Positions 8,046-17,853 of a DNA stretch of 64,000 bases are shown piece after piece; within the stretch, counting starts at the first letter, position 1, and each line of letters begins with the position of its first letter. Location of the stretch: contig OY969472.1 in assembly GCA_963700155.1 (NCBI GenBank), positions 680,690 to 744,689 on the forward strand, given 5' to 3'. Source of the DNA: an uncultured bacterium (lineage in GTDB: Bacteria > Patescibacteriota > Dojkabacteria > J137). Both the position numbers and the translations under genes were made by a program. A model generated the notes under the pieces. That model did no database searches, was not told the DNA's origin, and was given only the letters and a program-made list of their open reading frames with translations.

Positions 8046-10571
8046 ATGGACGACAATATGTCAGATACAAAAGGATTTAATAGATTTACACAAAATGCCA
8101 GGAGTGTTATTGGCCAGGGTTATGATACTGCAAAAAGATATGGTTACAATGAATATAAAATAATTCACATCTTTTATGCTTTACTCCAAGATCAAAATGG
8201 ATTAGTTGTAGAAGTCTTTAATAGAGTTGGTGTTGATGTTGAAAGTACAAAAAATCAGATTATTGAGGAGTTTGAAAAGTATAAAAAAGAACATAATATT
8301 GAACCTATAAATATAAATAGCGAGATAAAATTTTCAAATGAAGTTAAAGACCTGATTAACCATAGTTTTATTGTTGCTTCAGATTTAAGGCATGTATATG
8401 TTGGCACAGAGCATTTATTACTCTCACTTTTCCAGATGAATGGAATAGACTTTATTGAAGACCTAAAGAAGTTGGGGATTAACTTTGAAGTGTTAAAAGA
8501 TACTTTGTTTAAGGTAGCTAATTATTCTATGCTTAGTCCAGGTAAAGATGAGTTTGATGGGATTGAATTATCAAAATCTTCAGCTATGAGTTCTTTGCCG
8601 TATTTTACAAGAGATATGAATGAGATTGCTCAGGATAATGGCTTCGGGAATATTACAGGAAGAGAAGAAGAGATTAAAAGAATGATTAATATTCTAGCAA
8701 GAAAAACTAAGAATAATCCTATTTTAGTGGGGGATGCTGGTGTTGGAAAAACTGCTATTGTTGAAGGATTGGTCAATAAAATTGTTCAAAAGAAAGTTCC
8801 AGCCTCTTTTTTTGGAAAGAAAGTCATAAGTTTGGACGTCGGATCCATATTGTCAGGCGCACGATTAAGAGGTGATGTCGAAGAAAGAATCACTTCAGTG
8901 ATTAATGATGTTCTTTCAGAAGGAAATGTAATTGTATTCATTGATGAAATTCATACTATCGTTGGAGCAGGAAGTGCAGGTGGACGTGATTCTCTAGATA
9001 TAGCAAACATTTTAAAGCCTTATCTAACAAATTCTAACCTTAGTGTAATTGGAGCAACAACTGTTGATGAATATAATAAATATTTTGAGACAGATTCTGC
9101 ACTGTCAAGGAGATTCCAACCTATCTTTGTTGAAGAATTAAATATTGATAGTGCCAAAGAGGTTGTCCGTGGATTGGTCAAAGAATTTGAAGACTATCAT
9201 CATGTAAAGATCAAATCTGATGCGGTTGATAGCGCTGTCGAACTTTCATCTAAATTTATAAAGGACAGATATTTACCTGACAAAGCAATTGATTTGATCG
9301 ATGAAGCAGCAGCAGCTGTAAAAGTGGGGAGAGAAGTAGCAATGGAACCAGAACTAAGTGCTTTAGGATCAAAGTTGATTGAGGTTCAGGATAAAAAAGA
9401 TCAAGCTTTAAAAAAACTAGATTATGGTAAAGCTTCTGAATATAAGAAAAAAGAAAGTGAGCTTATTGAAGAGATCGAGAATGTAGTAGAAGGTAAAAAA
9501 ATTATTAGTAAGAAATATTCAAAAATAGTATCAGATGACATAATTAAAGACATAATTGTTGAATGGACAAAAATCCCTATAGCTGCTGCTGATATATCTG
9601 ATAAGCGTTTAAAAGATCTAAGTTCAAATTTAAAAAAGGTAATAATAGGCGAAGATAGAATCATTGACGAGGTTTCTCTTGCAATACAGAGATCACATCT
9701 TGGTTTAAGTGGAGAATCTAGACCTTTAGCCTCATTTTTATTTCTTGGACCAACAGGAGTTGGTAAGACAGAATTAGCGAAATCACTTGCAAAAGAGCTT
9801 TTTGGTTCCGTAAATTTAATGTATCAGATCAACATGAGCGAGTTTATGGAACCTCATAGTGTTGCAAAATTGATAGGAGCTCCACCTGGATATGTTGGAT
9901 ATCAAGAAGGCGGACAACTTACTACTTATGTAAAAAGAAAACCTTATTCTGTAATACTTTTTGATGAGATAGAAAAAGCTCATCCAGATGTTTTAAATCT
10001 TCTTTTGCAAATACTCGAGGAAGGTGAAATCAATGATGGAAAAGGGAATAGGGCATCTTTAAAGAATTGTATTATTGTTATGACTTCTAATATTGGGGCT
10101 GCGGATATTTCTTCGGACTCAAAATTAGGTTTCAATGTTGATATAGATGAAATTGAAAAGTCTGAAGTTGATGTTGCATACGAAGATATGAGAGATAAGA
10201 TTATGGAACAGTTAAAACTTACCATGAGGCCTGAAATCCTTAATAGAATTGATTTAATTGATATTTTTAGAGGATTGAATAAAGATGACACTTACCTAAT
10301 CGCAAAGAAATTTGTTAATGAGTTTGTTATACAGATTCTTCCTAAAGGGATATATTTGAATGTCTCGGATGAAGTAGTGGGTAAGGTTAATGATGAAGGA
10401 TATAGTAAAGAATACGGAGGAAGAAATATCAGGCGAAAAGTGCAAGAAATACTTGAAAATTCTTTAACACAATATTTAATAGATTCTAAGATCTCAAAAA
10501 AGAGGAAGAATCCAATAAAATTAAATGCATTGTTAAAGAAAGGTAAAGTTGTCTTTACTCAAGATCGATAA
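8046..10571 (+). CDS. clpC: ATP-dependent Clp protease ATP-binding subunit ClpC
   Basis: Clp-N repeats; two Walker A motifs (GDAGVGKT, GPTGVGKT); RYLPDKAIDLIDEA; GAPPGYVGY; UVR-like coiled coil; LGF ClpP-docking loop. Confidence 0.93.
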   Translation: MDDNMSDTKGFNRFTQNARSVIGQGYDTAKRYGYNEYKIIHIFYALLQDQNGLVVEVFNRVGVDVESTKNQIIEEFEKYKKEHNIEPININSEIKFSNEVKDLINHSFIVASDLRHVYVGTEHLLLSLFQMNGIDFIEDLKKLGINFEVLKDTLFKVANYSMLSPGKDEFDGIELSKSSAMSSLPYFTRDMNEIAQDNGFGNITGREEEIKRMINILARKTKNNPILVGDAGVGKTAIVEGLVNKIVQKKVPASFFGKKVISLDVGSILSGARLRGDVEERITSVINDVLSEGNVIVFIDEIHTIVGAGSAGGRDSLDIANILKPYLTNSNLSVIGATTVDEYNKYFETDSALSRRFQPIFVEELNIDSAKEVVRGLVKEFEDYHHVKIKSDAVDSAVELSSKFIKDRYLPDKAIDLIDEAAAAVKVGREVAMEPELSALGSKLIEVQDKKDQALKKLDYGKASEYKKKESELIEEIENVVEGKKIISKKYSKIVSDDIIKDIIVEWTKIPIAAADISDKRLKDLSSNLKKVIIGEDRIIDEVSLAIQRSHLGLSGESRPLASFLFLGPTGVGKTELAKSLAKELFGSVNLMYQINMSEFMEPHSVAKLIGAPPGYVGYQEGGQLTTYVKRKPYSVILFDEIEKAHPDVLNLLLQILEEGEINDGKGNRASLKNCIIVMTSNIGAADISSDSKLGFNVDIDEIEKSEVDVAYEDMRDKIMEQLKLTMRPEILNRIDLIDIFRGLNKDDTYLIAKKFVNEFVIQILPKGIYLNVSDEVVGKVNDEGYSKEYGGRNIRRKVQEILENSLTQYLIDSKISKKRKNPIKLNALLKKGKVVFTQDR

Positions 10572-10597
10572 ACTACTGCATTTTTAAATAGTGTAGA

Positions 10598-10654
10598 GCG
10601 GGAAAATCACCATAAATTTCAATAAGTTTGTAATCTCATTTGTGATTTTCCCGC
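10598..10654. terminator. 13-bp inverted repeat with 31-nt loop after clpC (possible terminator or stability hairpin)
   Basis: gcgggaaaatcac ... gtgattttcccgc; only a weak U-tract follows. Confidence 0.5.
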
Positions 10655-10688
10655 CTATGTTTTCAAATGCCTCTCAAAACTATAGGAC

Positions 10689-10716
10689 TTGACAATATAA
10701 AAATATAGGATATAAT
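10689..10716 (+). promoter_or_regulatory. Consensus sigma70 promoter upstream of the rho leader
   Basis: TTGACA-16 nt-TATAAT. Confidence 0.8.
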
Positions 10717-10722
10717 AATTGT

Positions 10723-10856
10723 AGTTTCAATATAAATAGTTTATAGTGAAACCAGAACATTGAAATTTCTTATTAATCCCAGAGTCTGGTTCGCGTACAA
10801 TCTTGTAAACCTATACAGGATACTTACTGGACTCTCGGATTAATAAGAAATTCTTT
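10723..10856 (+). ncRNA. Putative structured RNA (rho leader or independent small RNA)
   Basis: 5' hairpin gtttca-a-tataaa/tttata-g-tgaaac, then a rod: perfect 16-bp stem 10764-10779/10837-10852, agagtc/gactct, internal bubble, apical tcttgta/tacagga. Confidence 0.5.
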
Positions 10857-11038
10857 CTAAAAATACCTCAAAATGAAAAATTACCTGTTTTGTTTGAAAA
10901 TAATGTTTTATAATAAAAGTATTAATTTAAATTAATTTTTAAAATTTCTTTACAGGACTACACAATAGCATTCTCTCTCTGTAATTTTTTAAAACCCCTA
11001 ATTAACAACAAAATTTTATTATTTATAAGAATTAAGTT

Positions 11039-12328
11039 ATGGCAACAAAAAGAGACAATATAGTCAAATCAACTAGCATAAAAGAGTTAGATGAGAAGAC
11101 TTTAGCAGAACTACGAAAAACTGCTTCAGAATTGGATATAAAAGATTTCCAAGATTATAAAAAAAATGACCTTATTTTAGCTATTCTTGCTGAAGAGACT
11201 AAAAGAGGTGGAAACATTTTTGCTGAAGGCTTTTTAGAAGTAGTTAAAGACACTCATGGAGTTTTAAGATCTGCAACTATGCTCCCTGGTGAAAATGATG
11301 TATATGTTTCAGGATCACAAATTAAAAGATTTAATTTAAGACAAGGAGACTTTATTTCTGGTCAAGCTAGACCACCAAAAGAAGGTGAAAGATATTTAAG
11401 TCTATTAAAAATTGAAGCAATAAATGGAAAAAGTCCTGAAAACGCAATCTCTAGACCTAGTTTTAACAGCTTAACTCCAATTTTCCCTGAAGAGCAGATA
11501 AAGTTAGAAACTGATCAGCATACATTTTCAACAAGAATGATTGATTTGATTTCTCCTATTGGAAAAGGGCAGAGAGGAATGATTGTTGCTCCTCCAAAGG
11601 CAGGAAAAACTTGGCTTTTAAAGGATATAGCTGCTGGAATTGCTCAAAATCACCCTGAGATTCATTTAATGGTACTACTTGTTGGTGAAAGACCTGAAGA
11701 AGTTACAGACATGCAAAGATTTGTAAAAGGAGAAGTTATTGCAGCGAACTTCGATGAAATGCCTGAATACCACACTAAAATATCTGAAATGGCCGTAGAA
11801 CGAGCTAAGAGGTTGGTTGAATATGGAAAGGATGTTGTTATCTTGATGGACAGTATAACTCGTCTTGCAAGAGCTTATAACATCGTAGAACCACCATCCG
11901 GAAGAACTTTGTCTGGAGGTTTTGATCCTAAGGCTATTTTCCCACCTAAGAAATTTTTTGGAGCAGCTAGAAATATGGAATTTGGCGGAAGTCTTACAAT
12001 TATTGCTACTGCATTAGTTGATACTGGAAGTAAGATGGATGAAGTTATTTTCGAAGAATTTAAAGGAACAGGAAATATGGAAGTTAAGCTTGATAGAAGA
12101 TTAACTGAAAGAAGAATATATCCAGCAATTGATGTAACTCAATCTTATACAAGAAATGAAGAAAAATTGTTAGCCCCAGAAGTGCTTGCTCAAACCTGGA
12201 GAGTTATTAGAATGCTTGATACTTTGAAAGCAGAAACTAATGCTAACCCAACTGAGGTATTGATTGAAAGATTAAAAAAGACTAAAAATAATGAAGAATT
12301 CTTAGCTACATTGCACGAGAGCTACTAA
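11039..12328 (+). CDS. rho: Transcription termination factor Rho
   Basis: Rho N-terminal and RNA-binding domains ([18 protein letters not shown]); [17 protein letters not shown]; [11 protein letters not shown]; [11 protein letters not shown]. Confidence 0.97.
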   Translation: MATKRDNIVKSTSIKELDEKTLAELRKTASELDIKDFQDYKKNDLILAILAEETKRGGNIFAEGFLEVVKDTHGVLRSATMLPGENDVYVSGSQIKRFNLRQGDFISGQARPPKEGERYLSLLKIEAINGKSPENAISRPSFNSLTPIFPEEQIKLETDQHTFSTRMIDLISPIGKGQRGMIVAPPKAGKTWLLKDIAAGIAQNHPEIHLMVLLVGERPEEVTDMQRFVKGEVIAANFDEMPEYHTKISEMAVERAKRLVEYGKDVVILMDSITRLARAYNIVEPPSGRTLSGGFDPKAIFPPKKFFGAARNMEFGGSLTIIATALVDTGSKMDEVIFEEFKGTGNMEVKLDRRLTERRIYPAIDVTQSYTRNEEKLLAPEVLAQTWRVIRMLDTLKAETNANPTEVLIERLKKTKNNEEFLATLHESY

Positions 12329-12335
12329 TTTTAAA

Positions 12336-12344
12336 TGATATAAT
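12336..12344 (+). promoter_or_regulatory. Extended -10 (TGATATAAT) upstream of the M23 gene
   Basis: TGnTATAAT match. Confidence 0.5.
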
Positions 12345-12387
12345 TTATAGATATTTAAATCTTAAAATTTCTAAAATAGTTAAGATT

Positions 12388-13512
12388 TTGATCGATCAAA
12401 TCAAAAGAATTCCTGAAAGTATTCTAAAACTTATTTTTGGTTTTCTTGCCAACATATTCCAATTTGTGATTAATCTTTTTGCTAATATCAAGAAAACATT
12501 AGTTTACAGATCTTTCTGGGGTAGAAGTAGAGTATACAAGAATGTACTTCATTTTTCTTTACTTGCATTAACTTTGGTGATTTTTGTAACAGGTGTATCT
12601 TCAAGATTCGCAGATGTTACGATAAGTACAGCCTTTGCCAGTGGTAATGAAATACCTGTAGGAAATGTTGATTTACTTCCTCAAGGTGGAAGTATTCAAA
12701 CTATTTTGGCCACAAATCCTGAAGTTTATTTCAAAGTCTCTCAATATACAGTAAAGAAAGGTGATACGGTTCAATCTATTGCTGATAAATTTAAAGTTTC
12801 TAAAGATACAATAAAATGGGCAAATCCAAAAATTAACTATTACACAGAATTAGTTGAGGTTGGTGATATTCTTCAAATACCTGAAATCAATGGAGTACTA
12901 TACACAGTACAGTCTGGCGATATTTTAGATAGTGTTCTAAGTAAAACCTCTGGCGATAAATTTGACGTTATTGAAATCAATCAGCTTGAAGCACCAGATT
13001 TTAATTTACCTGTCGGAAAGAAAATTTTAATTCCAAATGGGAAGTTACAACCACCTGCTCAAACACCAGTATATTATTATCCGTCAATATTAGTACCTCA
13101 CGAGAATGGTACAATTCAGGATTTACAAGGTATATCTTTTGGAAATCCTTTGTCAAATCCAGCTTGTGCAGGTTATATTTATCAAAGAGGATTTTCACCT
13201 TGGCATAATGGAGTTGATTTGTCTAAGGCAGGCGGCTGCCCTGTAAGGGCAGCCGCCGATGGCGAAGTTATCTTCGCCGGTTGGTCAACTTATGGAGAAG
13301 GGTACAATGTCAGAATTTATCATGGTAATGGTATTGAAACTCATTACTACCATAGTAATGGCAATATCTGGGTAAAACCTGGAGATCATGTAGTTAAAGG
13401 TCAAGATATAATGTATATGGGATGTACTGGAAATTGTACAGGAACTCATCTACATATTGGATTAAAGTTGAATGGTCAGTTTATTGATCCGTCACCATAT
13501 ATTCCATATTAA
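12388..13512 (+). CDS. Membrane-anchored LysM-domain M23 family peptidoglycan endopeptidase
   Basis: Two LysM repeats (YTVKKGDT, YTVQSGD); HNGVD and HLH zinc motifs. Confidence 0.92.
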   Translation: MIDQIKRIPESILKLIFGFLANIFQFVINLFANIKKTLVYRSFWGRSRVYKNVLHFSLLALTLVIFVTGVSSRFADVTISTAFASGNEIPVGNVDLLPQGGSIQTILATNPEVYFKVSQYTVKKGDTVQSIADKFKVSKDTIKWANPKINYYTELVEVGDILQIPEINGVLYTVQSGDILDSVLSKTSGDKFDVIEINQLEAPDFNLPVGKKILIPNGKLQPPAQTPVYYYPSILVPHENGTIQDLQGISFGNPLSNPACAGYIYQRGFSPWHNGVDLSKAGGCPVRAAADGEVIFAGWSTYGEGYNVRIYHGNGIETHYYHSNGNIWVKPGDHVVKGQDIMYMGCTGNCTGTHLHIGLKLNGQFIDPSPYIPY

Positions 13513-13514
13513 TT

Positions 13515-13588
13515 TATCCCTACCAGGGAATCGAACCTGGATCTAAGCCTTAGGAGTGCCTTGTTCTATCCAATTGAACTATAGGGAC
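13515..13588 (-). tRNA. tRNA-Arg(CCT), slightly irregular
   Basis: Minus strand: GTCCCTA...GTTC-AATTGGATA-GAAC...CT-CCT-AA...GGTTCGATTCC...TAGGGAT-A; A20 present. Confidence 0.85.
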
Positions 13589-13592
13589 TTTG

Positions 13593-14195
13593 TTATTTAT
13601 TTTCCCAATCCATGCTGTATAAAATCTTTTCAATTGCTAATTCGTAATCTTGAATTTCTTTTTCTTCAAACCATACTTTTAATTCTCTTTCTGCTTCATC
13701 AACAGAGCTAGATGCATGTACAAGATTTCTAGCAGCTCTATCAGCTTCATCGGCAATTAGGTATGAATCAATTGTATAATCAGCCCTAATTGTTCCTACG
13801 TCTGCTTGAAGAGGACTACCATGACCAACAAGTTTTCTTACATGTTCTATAGCATGAGCTCCTTCAATAACAAGTGCTATTACTGGCCCGACCACTAGAA
13901 ATTTTATTAATTTTGACTGTACATATTCTGCTTGTTCGATTGGAGTTCTATTCATTACTAATCCTTTTTCTTTATATATTTCTAGAGTTCTATTACCTGT
14001 CTTTAATTTTTCTTCCTCTGACCAGTAGTAATGATCAGCAGCTTGTTTCTTAGTAGGCCATACCATTTTCATAGCTGTAACTTTTAATCCTTTTCTCTCA
14101 AATCTGGTTAAAATTTCACCCATTAGACCTCTTTGTACAGCATCTGGTTTTATAAGTACCAATGTTCTTTCATAATTCTTAGAATTATTCTTCAT
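13593..14195 (-). CDS. ndk: Nucleoside diphosphate kinase
   Basis: ERTLVLIKPDAVQRGL, GTIRAD, NLVHASSS. Confidence 0.95.
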   Translation of the reverse strand: MKNNSKNYERTLVLIKPDAVQRGLMGEILTRFERKGLKVTAMKMVWPTKKQAADHYYWSEEEKLKTGNRTLEIYKEKGLVMNRTPIEQAEYVQSKLIKFLVVGPVIALVIEGAHAIEHVRKLVGHGSPLQADVGTIRADYTIDSYLIADEADRAARNLVHASSSVDEAERELKVWFEEKEIQDYELAIEKILYSMDWENK

Positions 14196-14266
14196 ATAAA
14201 GTTTTTAAAATGTAAATCATTCAGGTGATTATAGTTTATTTGAAGTTAAAAATCATTATGATTTTG

Positions 14267-15694
14267 CTATTTCTTTGAAGGATCGATTAAGAATTTTTTC
14301 AGGTCTCTTTGTCCGATTATCATCGGGTAATTTAGATAAGTTCTATTTGTTAGAGTAGCGTGACTTTCAATGACCTGACCTGATATCTCAAATTTTATTC
14401 TTATGCTTGGACGATAACTTACGCCATTCCCAGCTTTAATAATTGCACCACTGTATATATCCGGGCTGTTCTCAAGTCTTAAGCTTAAATCATGTGAAGC
14501 AGAGTATTCTCTAGCTTCTTTTCCATTACTAAATAATTTAGGGACATCTTTTAGAATCTCTTCAGCATAATCAATTGCTTCACCATATCCAAGTTCTCTA
14601 GCAAGTTGAGTGTCAATTGATGTTATCGATGCTCCAGTATCTATTTTTGCTTTAATAGCAGTTTTTGTTACATCATCTTTATTATATAAATTAATATTTT
14701 CTTCTAATCCAATAACTTGTTTCCCAGTAAGCTCCTCAAGTTCTTCTTCGATTTCTCCTCCAAATAAATTTTTAGATAATCTTATACCATGTTGCGTATT
14801 TTTTACCTTTAACCCTTGAGCTTTTTTTAATCTCCATCTAAGTCCATCATGGTTAGCAATCTGAATTGATAAACCCGGCCTAGCATTCATTTCCACAATC
14901 ACTGGTCCTAAATCACGATCAATTAAGAAATCCATAGCTCCATAACCTAAGCCAGTTACCTTACTTGCTTCAATTGCATAAGCAAGTATTTTATCCCAGT
15001 AGGGGATCCTTATTCCAGAAAGAGGTAAGTGTGTATCTGGAGTATATTCTATTGGTGTTGATTTACCTATGATTGCACTAGTTGTCTTTCCTACTGCCAA
15101 GTCAATTCCAACACCAATTGCACCAAGGTCAAGGTTAGCTTTACCTTCAGAAGCTTTTGTCGGAAGCCTTACATATGACATTATTGGAATACTATTATAT
15201 ACAATTACTCTAATATCTGGAGCTCCTTTGTAAGTATAGTACTTAAAGTTTTTATGAAACTTAACTCTTTCTTCAAAAAGAATAATATCTGGTTCGTTAA
15301 AGAGAGAGTATTTACCATCTAAAATATCTCTACAATGACTTTTAAGGTCATTTAAACTCATTCTTGACCTATCAGCTCTAATCCAGTTCCCATTCTTATC
15401 ACGATTATAAAAAATTTCAATTCCTCCTCCTCGAGTACCATTTACTGGCTTTACTACAAAAGAGTTAGGTAATAAATCAAAATTAAATGTGTCTAATTGT
15501 TTTTTATCTCTGATAACTGTAACTTTCTTAGGAACAGGAATATTATTTTTATGTAAGATTCTTTTGCTTAATACTTTGTTATCAGCAATATGTTTCGCAC
15601 GGGATAGGTTATATTTTCTTATGTAAGAAAGCTGCCTTTCGTTTCTACCAAGGACTTGTTTCCTATTTTGTAGTATTAGTGCTACTTTGTTCAT
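14267..15694 (-). CDS. ATP-grasp ligase (RimK-related/alpha-L-glutamate ligase-like) fused to a C-terminal retropepsin-like aspartic protease domain
   Basis: LGRNERQLSYIRKYN, FVVKPVNGTRGGGI, PDIRVIV, GKANLDLGA, EMNARPGLSIQIAN; then AKIDTGASITSID and IIGQRDL. Confidence 0.88.
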   Translation of the reverse strand: MNKVALILQNRKQVLGRNERQLSYIRKYNLSRAKHIADNKVLSKRILHKNNIPVPKKVTVIRDKKQLDTFNFDLLPNSFVVKPVNGTRGGGIEIFYNRDKNGNWIRADRSRMSLNDLKSHCRDILDGKYSLFNEPDIILFEERVKFHKNFKYYTYKGAPDIRVIVYNSIPIMSYVRLPTKASEGKANLDLGAIGVGIDLAVGKTTSAIIGKSTPIEYTPDTHLPLSGIRIPYWDKILAYAIEASKVTGLGYGAMDFLIDRDLGPVIVEMNARPGLSIQIANHDGLRWRLKKAQGLKVKNTQHGIRLSKNLFGGEIEEELEELTGKQVIGLEENINLYNKDDVTKTAIKAKIDTGASITSIDTQLARELGYGEAIDYAEEILKDVPKLFSNGKEAREYSASHDLSLRLENSPDIYSGAIIKAGNGVSYRPSIRIKFEISGQVIESHATLTNRTYLNYPMIIGQRDLKKFLIDPSKK

Positions 15695-16406
15695 CCTGGG
15701 TATTTTCTTCTTGAAGTAATATACTCTTAAATCTCCAATATTCTGTAATTCTTAGTCCTAAGAATCTTCCCACATAGATATTAATAATTATAAGAACACC
15801 TATTACTAATAATGGATTTGTTAGGACAAAATCTTGTAATTCTCTAATTGAAATTATTAAATAGCTTATTACGCATATTATTAATGTTTCAAAAGCAATC
15901 GAAAGTGCATATCGGAAGTTTTTCTTTGCATAAACATTCATAAATCCATCAGCTGTTGTTACTAATATGATCATAGACAGAGGACTAATCACTATAAATG
16001 TTGATTTGTCAAAGTACATCGAGACAAATATTAGAATAGTGGTCGCTAAAGTTGCAGCAATAATTATTAAAGAAAGTTTAGGAATATAGTGCATTCTCAA
16101 TCTTCGGAGGATTGCATAGAATAAAGCAGATGAGAATAAAACTACACAGAAAGAAATTATCCCATATATTAACCCTGCAAAAAAATTAGGATTTGATTTA
16201 TTAGAATATTCAATATCAAAAAATATGAACGTTAAAAGTAGAGGAACGTAAAAGCTCAAACTTCTTAATCCTATTATATATCTTGCGATACCAATCACAG
16301 TTGCCACAATTGGTAGCATTAACAATATTAGTGCAAGGTATTTTAAAGATTCTAAATCTGTTGCTGAAATTCCTTTCTCAATGAATACATTCCAAATTAT
16401 GTCCAT
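15663..16406 (-). CDS. 7TM membrane protein of the type usually fused to an inactive transglutaminase, here stand-alone
   Basis: About 7 hydrophobic helices; LLMLPIVATVIGIARYIIGLRS and GRFLGLRITEYWRF signatures; likely ATG at 16406; overlaps the ATP-grasp gene by 32 nt. Confidence 0.82.
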   Translation of the reverse strand: MDIIWNVFIEKGISATDLESLKYLALILLMLPIVATVIGIARYIIGLRSLSFYVPLLLTFIFFDIEYSNKSNPNFFAGLIYGIISFCVVLFSSALFYAILRRLRMHYIPKLSLIIIAATLATTILIFVSMYFDKSTFIVISPLSMIILVTTADGFMNVYAKKNFRYALSIAFETLIICVISYLIISIRELQDFVLTNPLLVIGVLIIINIYVGRFLGLRITEYWRFKSILLQEENTQDEQSSTNTTK

Positions 16407-16641
16407 ATTAAAATTCTTATAATTATTTTGATTTAAATTATAACATCCTTGAAATTTTTTCAAATAGCTGAAAAACTTGCCTATAAATATATATCAATCC
16501 AAGTTACATATTTGTTATCTTGACAATTAGATCTAAACTATTAGTGTCAAGTTTCAGTATCTTACTATATAGCTAACTTAGTTAACTTAGTTTCCACAAA
16601 ATAGTTAAAATAATATTTTAACTAAAATATTTAAAATTCAT

Positions 16642-16697
16642 AAAAAAAAGGACTCCAATCACATATTTTTGTCTATTTTTGAGATTGGAGTCCTTTT
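16642..16697 (-). terminator. Intrinsic terminator after rplL
   Basis: aaaaggactccaatc/gattggagtcctttt inverted repeat with a U-run on the minus strand. Confidence 0.8.
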
Positions 16698-16716
16698 AAA
16701 TTACTAGAAGAGAGTG

Positions 16717-17103
16717 TTATTTAACTTCAACTTTAGCACCTTCTGCTTCAAGTTGTTTCTTAACATCTTCTGCTTCTTCCTTTTTTACAGCTTCTTTGAT
16801 TGCTTTTGGTCCTGAAGCTACACTGTCTACTAAGTCTTTAGCTTCTTTTAATCCTAATCCTGTAAGGTTCTTTACAACCTTGATAACACCGATTTTGTTT
16901 GAACCTACATCTGATAAGATAACATCAAATTCTGTTTTCTCTTCAACAGGTTCAGCAGCTGTAGCTGGCATTGCAGCCATAGCCATAGGTGCAGCAGCCT
17001 TAACATCAAAGGTTTCTTCTAAAGCTTTTTTTAAATCAAAAGCTTCAACAACAGATAACTCTTTAATGCTGTCAACAATTTTTTGTACTTTGTCGCTTGC
17101 CAT
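16717..17103 (-). CDS. rplL: 50S ribosomal protein L7/L12
   Basis: [31 protein letters not shown]. Confidence 0.97.
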   Translation of the reverse strand: MASDKVQKIVDSIKELSVVEAFDLKKALEETFDVKAAAPMAMAAMPATAAEPVEEKTEFDVILSDVGSNKIGVIKVVKNLTGLGLKEAKDLVDSVASGPKAIKEAVKKEEAEDVKKQLEAEGAKVEVK

Positions 17104-17138
17104 AAATAAAATAAATTAATAAATAATTTCTAAGAAGA

Positions 17139-17166
17139 AGAGCGGAATTTATTCAAATTCCGCTCT
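17139..17166 (-). other. 12-bp hairpin between rplJ and rplL
   Basis: agagcggaattt-attc-aaattccgctct. Confidence 0.75.
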
Positions 17167-17175
17167 CCGAATTAG

Positions 17176-17709
17176 TTACTCTTTAAAAGCCTGATCTAAA
17201 ATTGATACGTATCCTCTTGGTGCATCTTCAAGTACATTAAGTACTCCTGCGATTGCATTATCAAGAATTCCAAGTATCAATGAAACACTTCCTTTCTTGT
17301 CAGGCATTTCAGCTAATGATTCTACTTCAGATTTGTTTAATAAATTACCATCAAGTATTCCTTCTATAATCTCAACTTTTGGATCTTTATCTTTTTCGGT
17401 AGTGACTTCTATAAACTTTTTAAGTAATTTGGATGGACTTACAAAGTCTTCTCCCAAGAACATTACTGCATGTTCTCCTTGATTTAATGTCTCTAACTCA
17501 GGTAGATTGCTTTCTTTTAAAGCAAGTTTGAAAATTGAGTTTTTTATTACATTAAACTGTGCACCTGTTTCGAAAAGTTCTTTTTTGAATTCATTTATTT
17601 CATTAGGAACAATTCTACTTGGCTTTATAACGACTATTCCATTATGAGAAGCAATTGCCTCTTTATATCTGGAAAGTAATTCTTGTTTTTCTTTTTTGGT
17701 TTTGGCCAT
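17176..17709 (-). CDS. rplJ: 50S ribosomal protein L10
   Basis: VIKNSIFKLAL, EGILDG...LAEMP; lies between rplA and rplL. Confidence 0.93.
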   Translation of the reverse strand: MAKTKKEKQELLSRYKEAIASHNGIVVIKPSRIVPNEINEFKKELFETGAQFNVIKNSIFKLALKESNLPELETLNQGEHAVMFLGEDFVSPSKLLKKFIEVTTEKDKDPKVEIIEGILDGNLLNKSEVESLAEMPDKKGSVSLILGILDNAIAGVLNVLEDAPRGYVSILDQAFKE

Positions 17710-17727
17710 TTTTATATAATTAAAATT

Positions 17728-17845
17728 AAAAAAACGCTCCTACGAGCGTTTTAACTGACACTATAAAATATTTTATAGCATATATTATTACGTCTCGGTA
17801 GGAACTTTATTGTAAGTTTTAACTTACAAACCTACTGTCTATGAC
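17728..17845 (-). promoter_or_regulatory. L10 leader (rplJL autoregulatory RNA) with attenuator hairpin
   Basis: Minus strand AGACAGUAGG...AAUAAAGUUCCUACCGAGA resembles the L10-leader core; followed by aaaacgcuc-guag-gagcguuuuuuu. Confidence 0.8.
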
Positions 17846-17853
17846 TTTAATTT

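Noticed and set aside
10723-10856. SRP (4.5S) RNA
   Set aside because: No GNRA-capped domain IV with the CAGG/AGCA internal loop was visible.
16590-16598. DnaA box-like GTTTCCACA
   Set aside because: Single copy with two mismatches; expected by chance.
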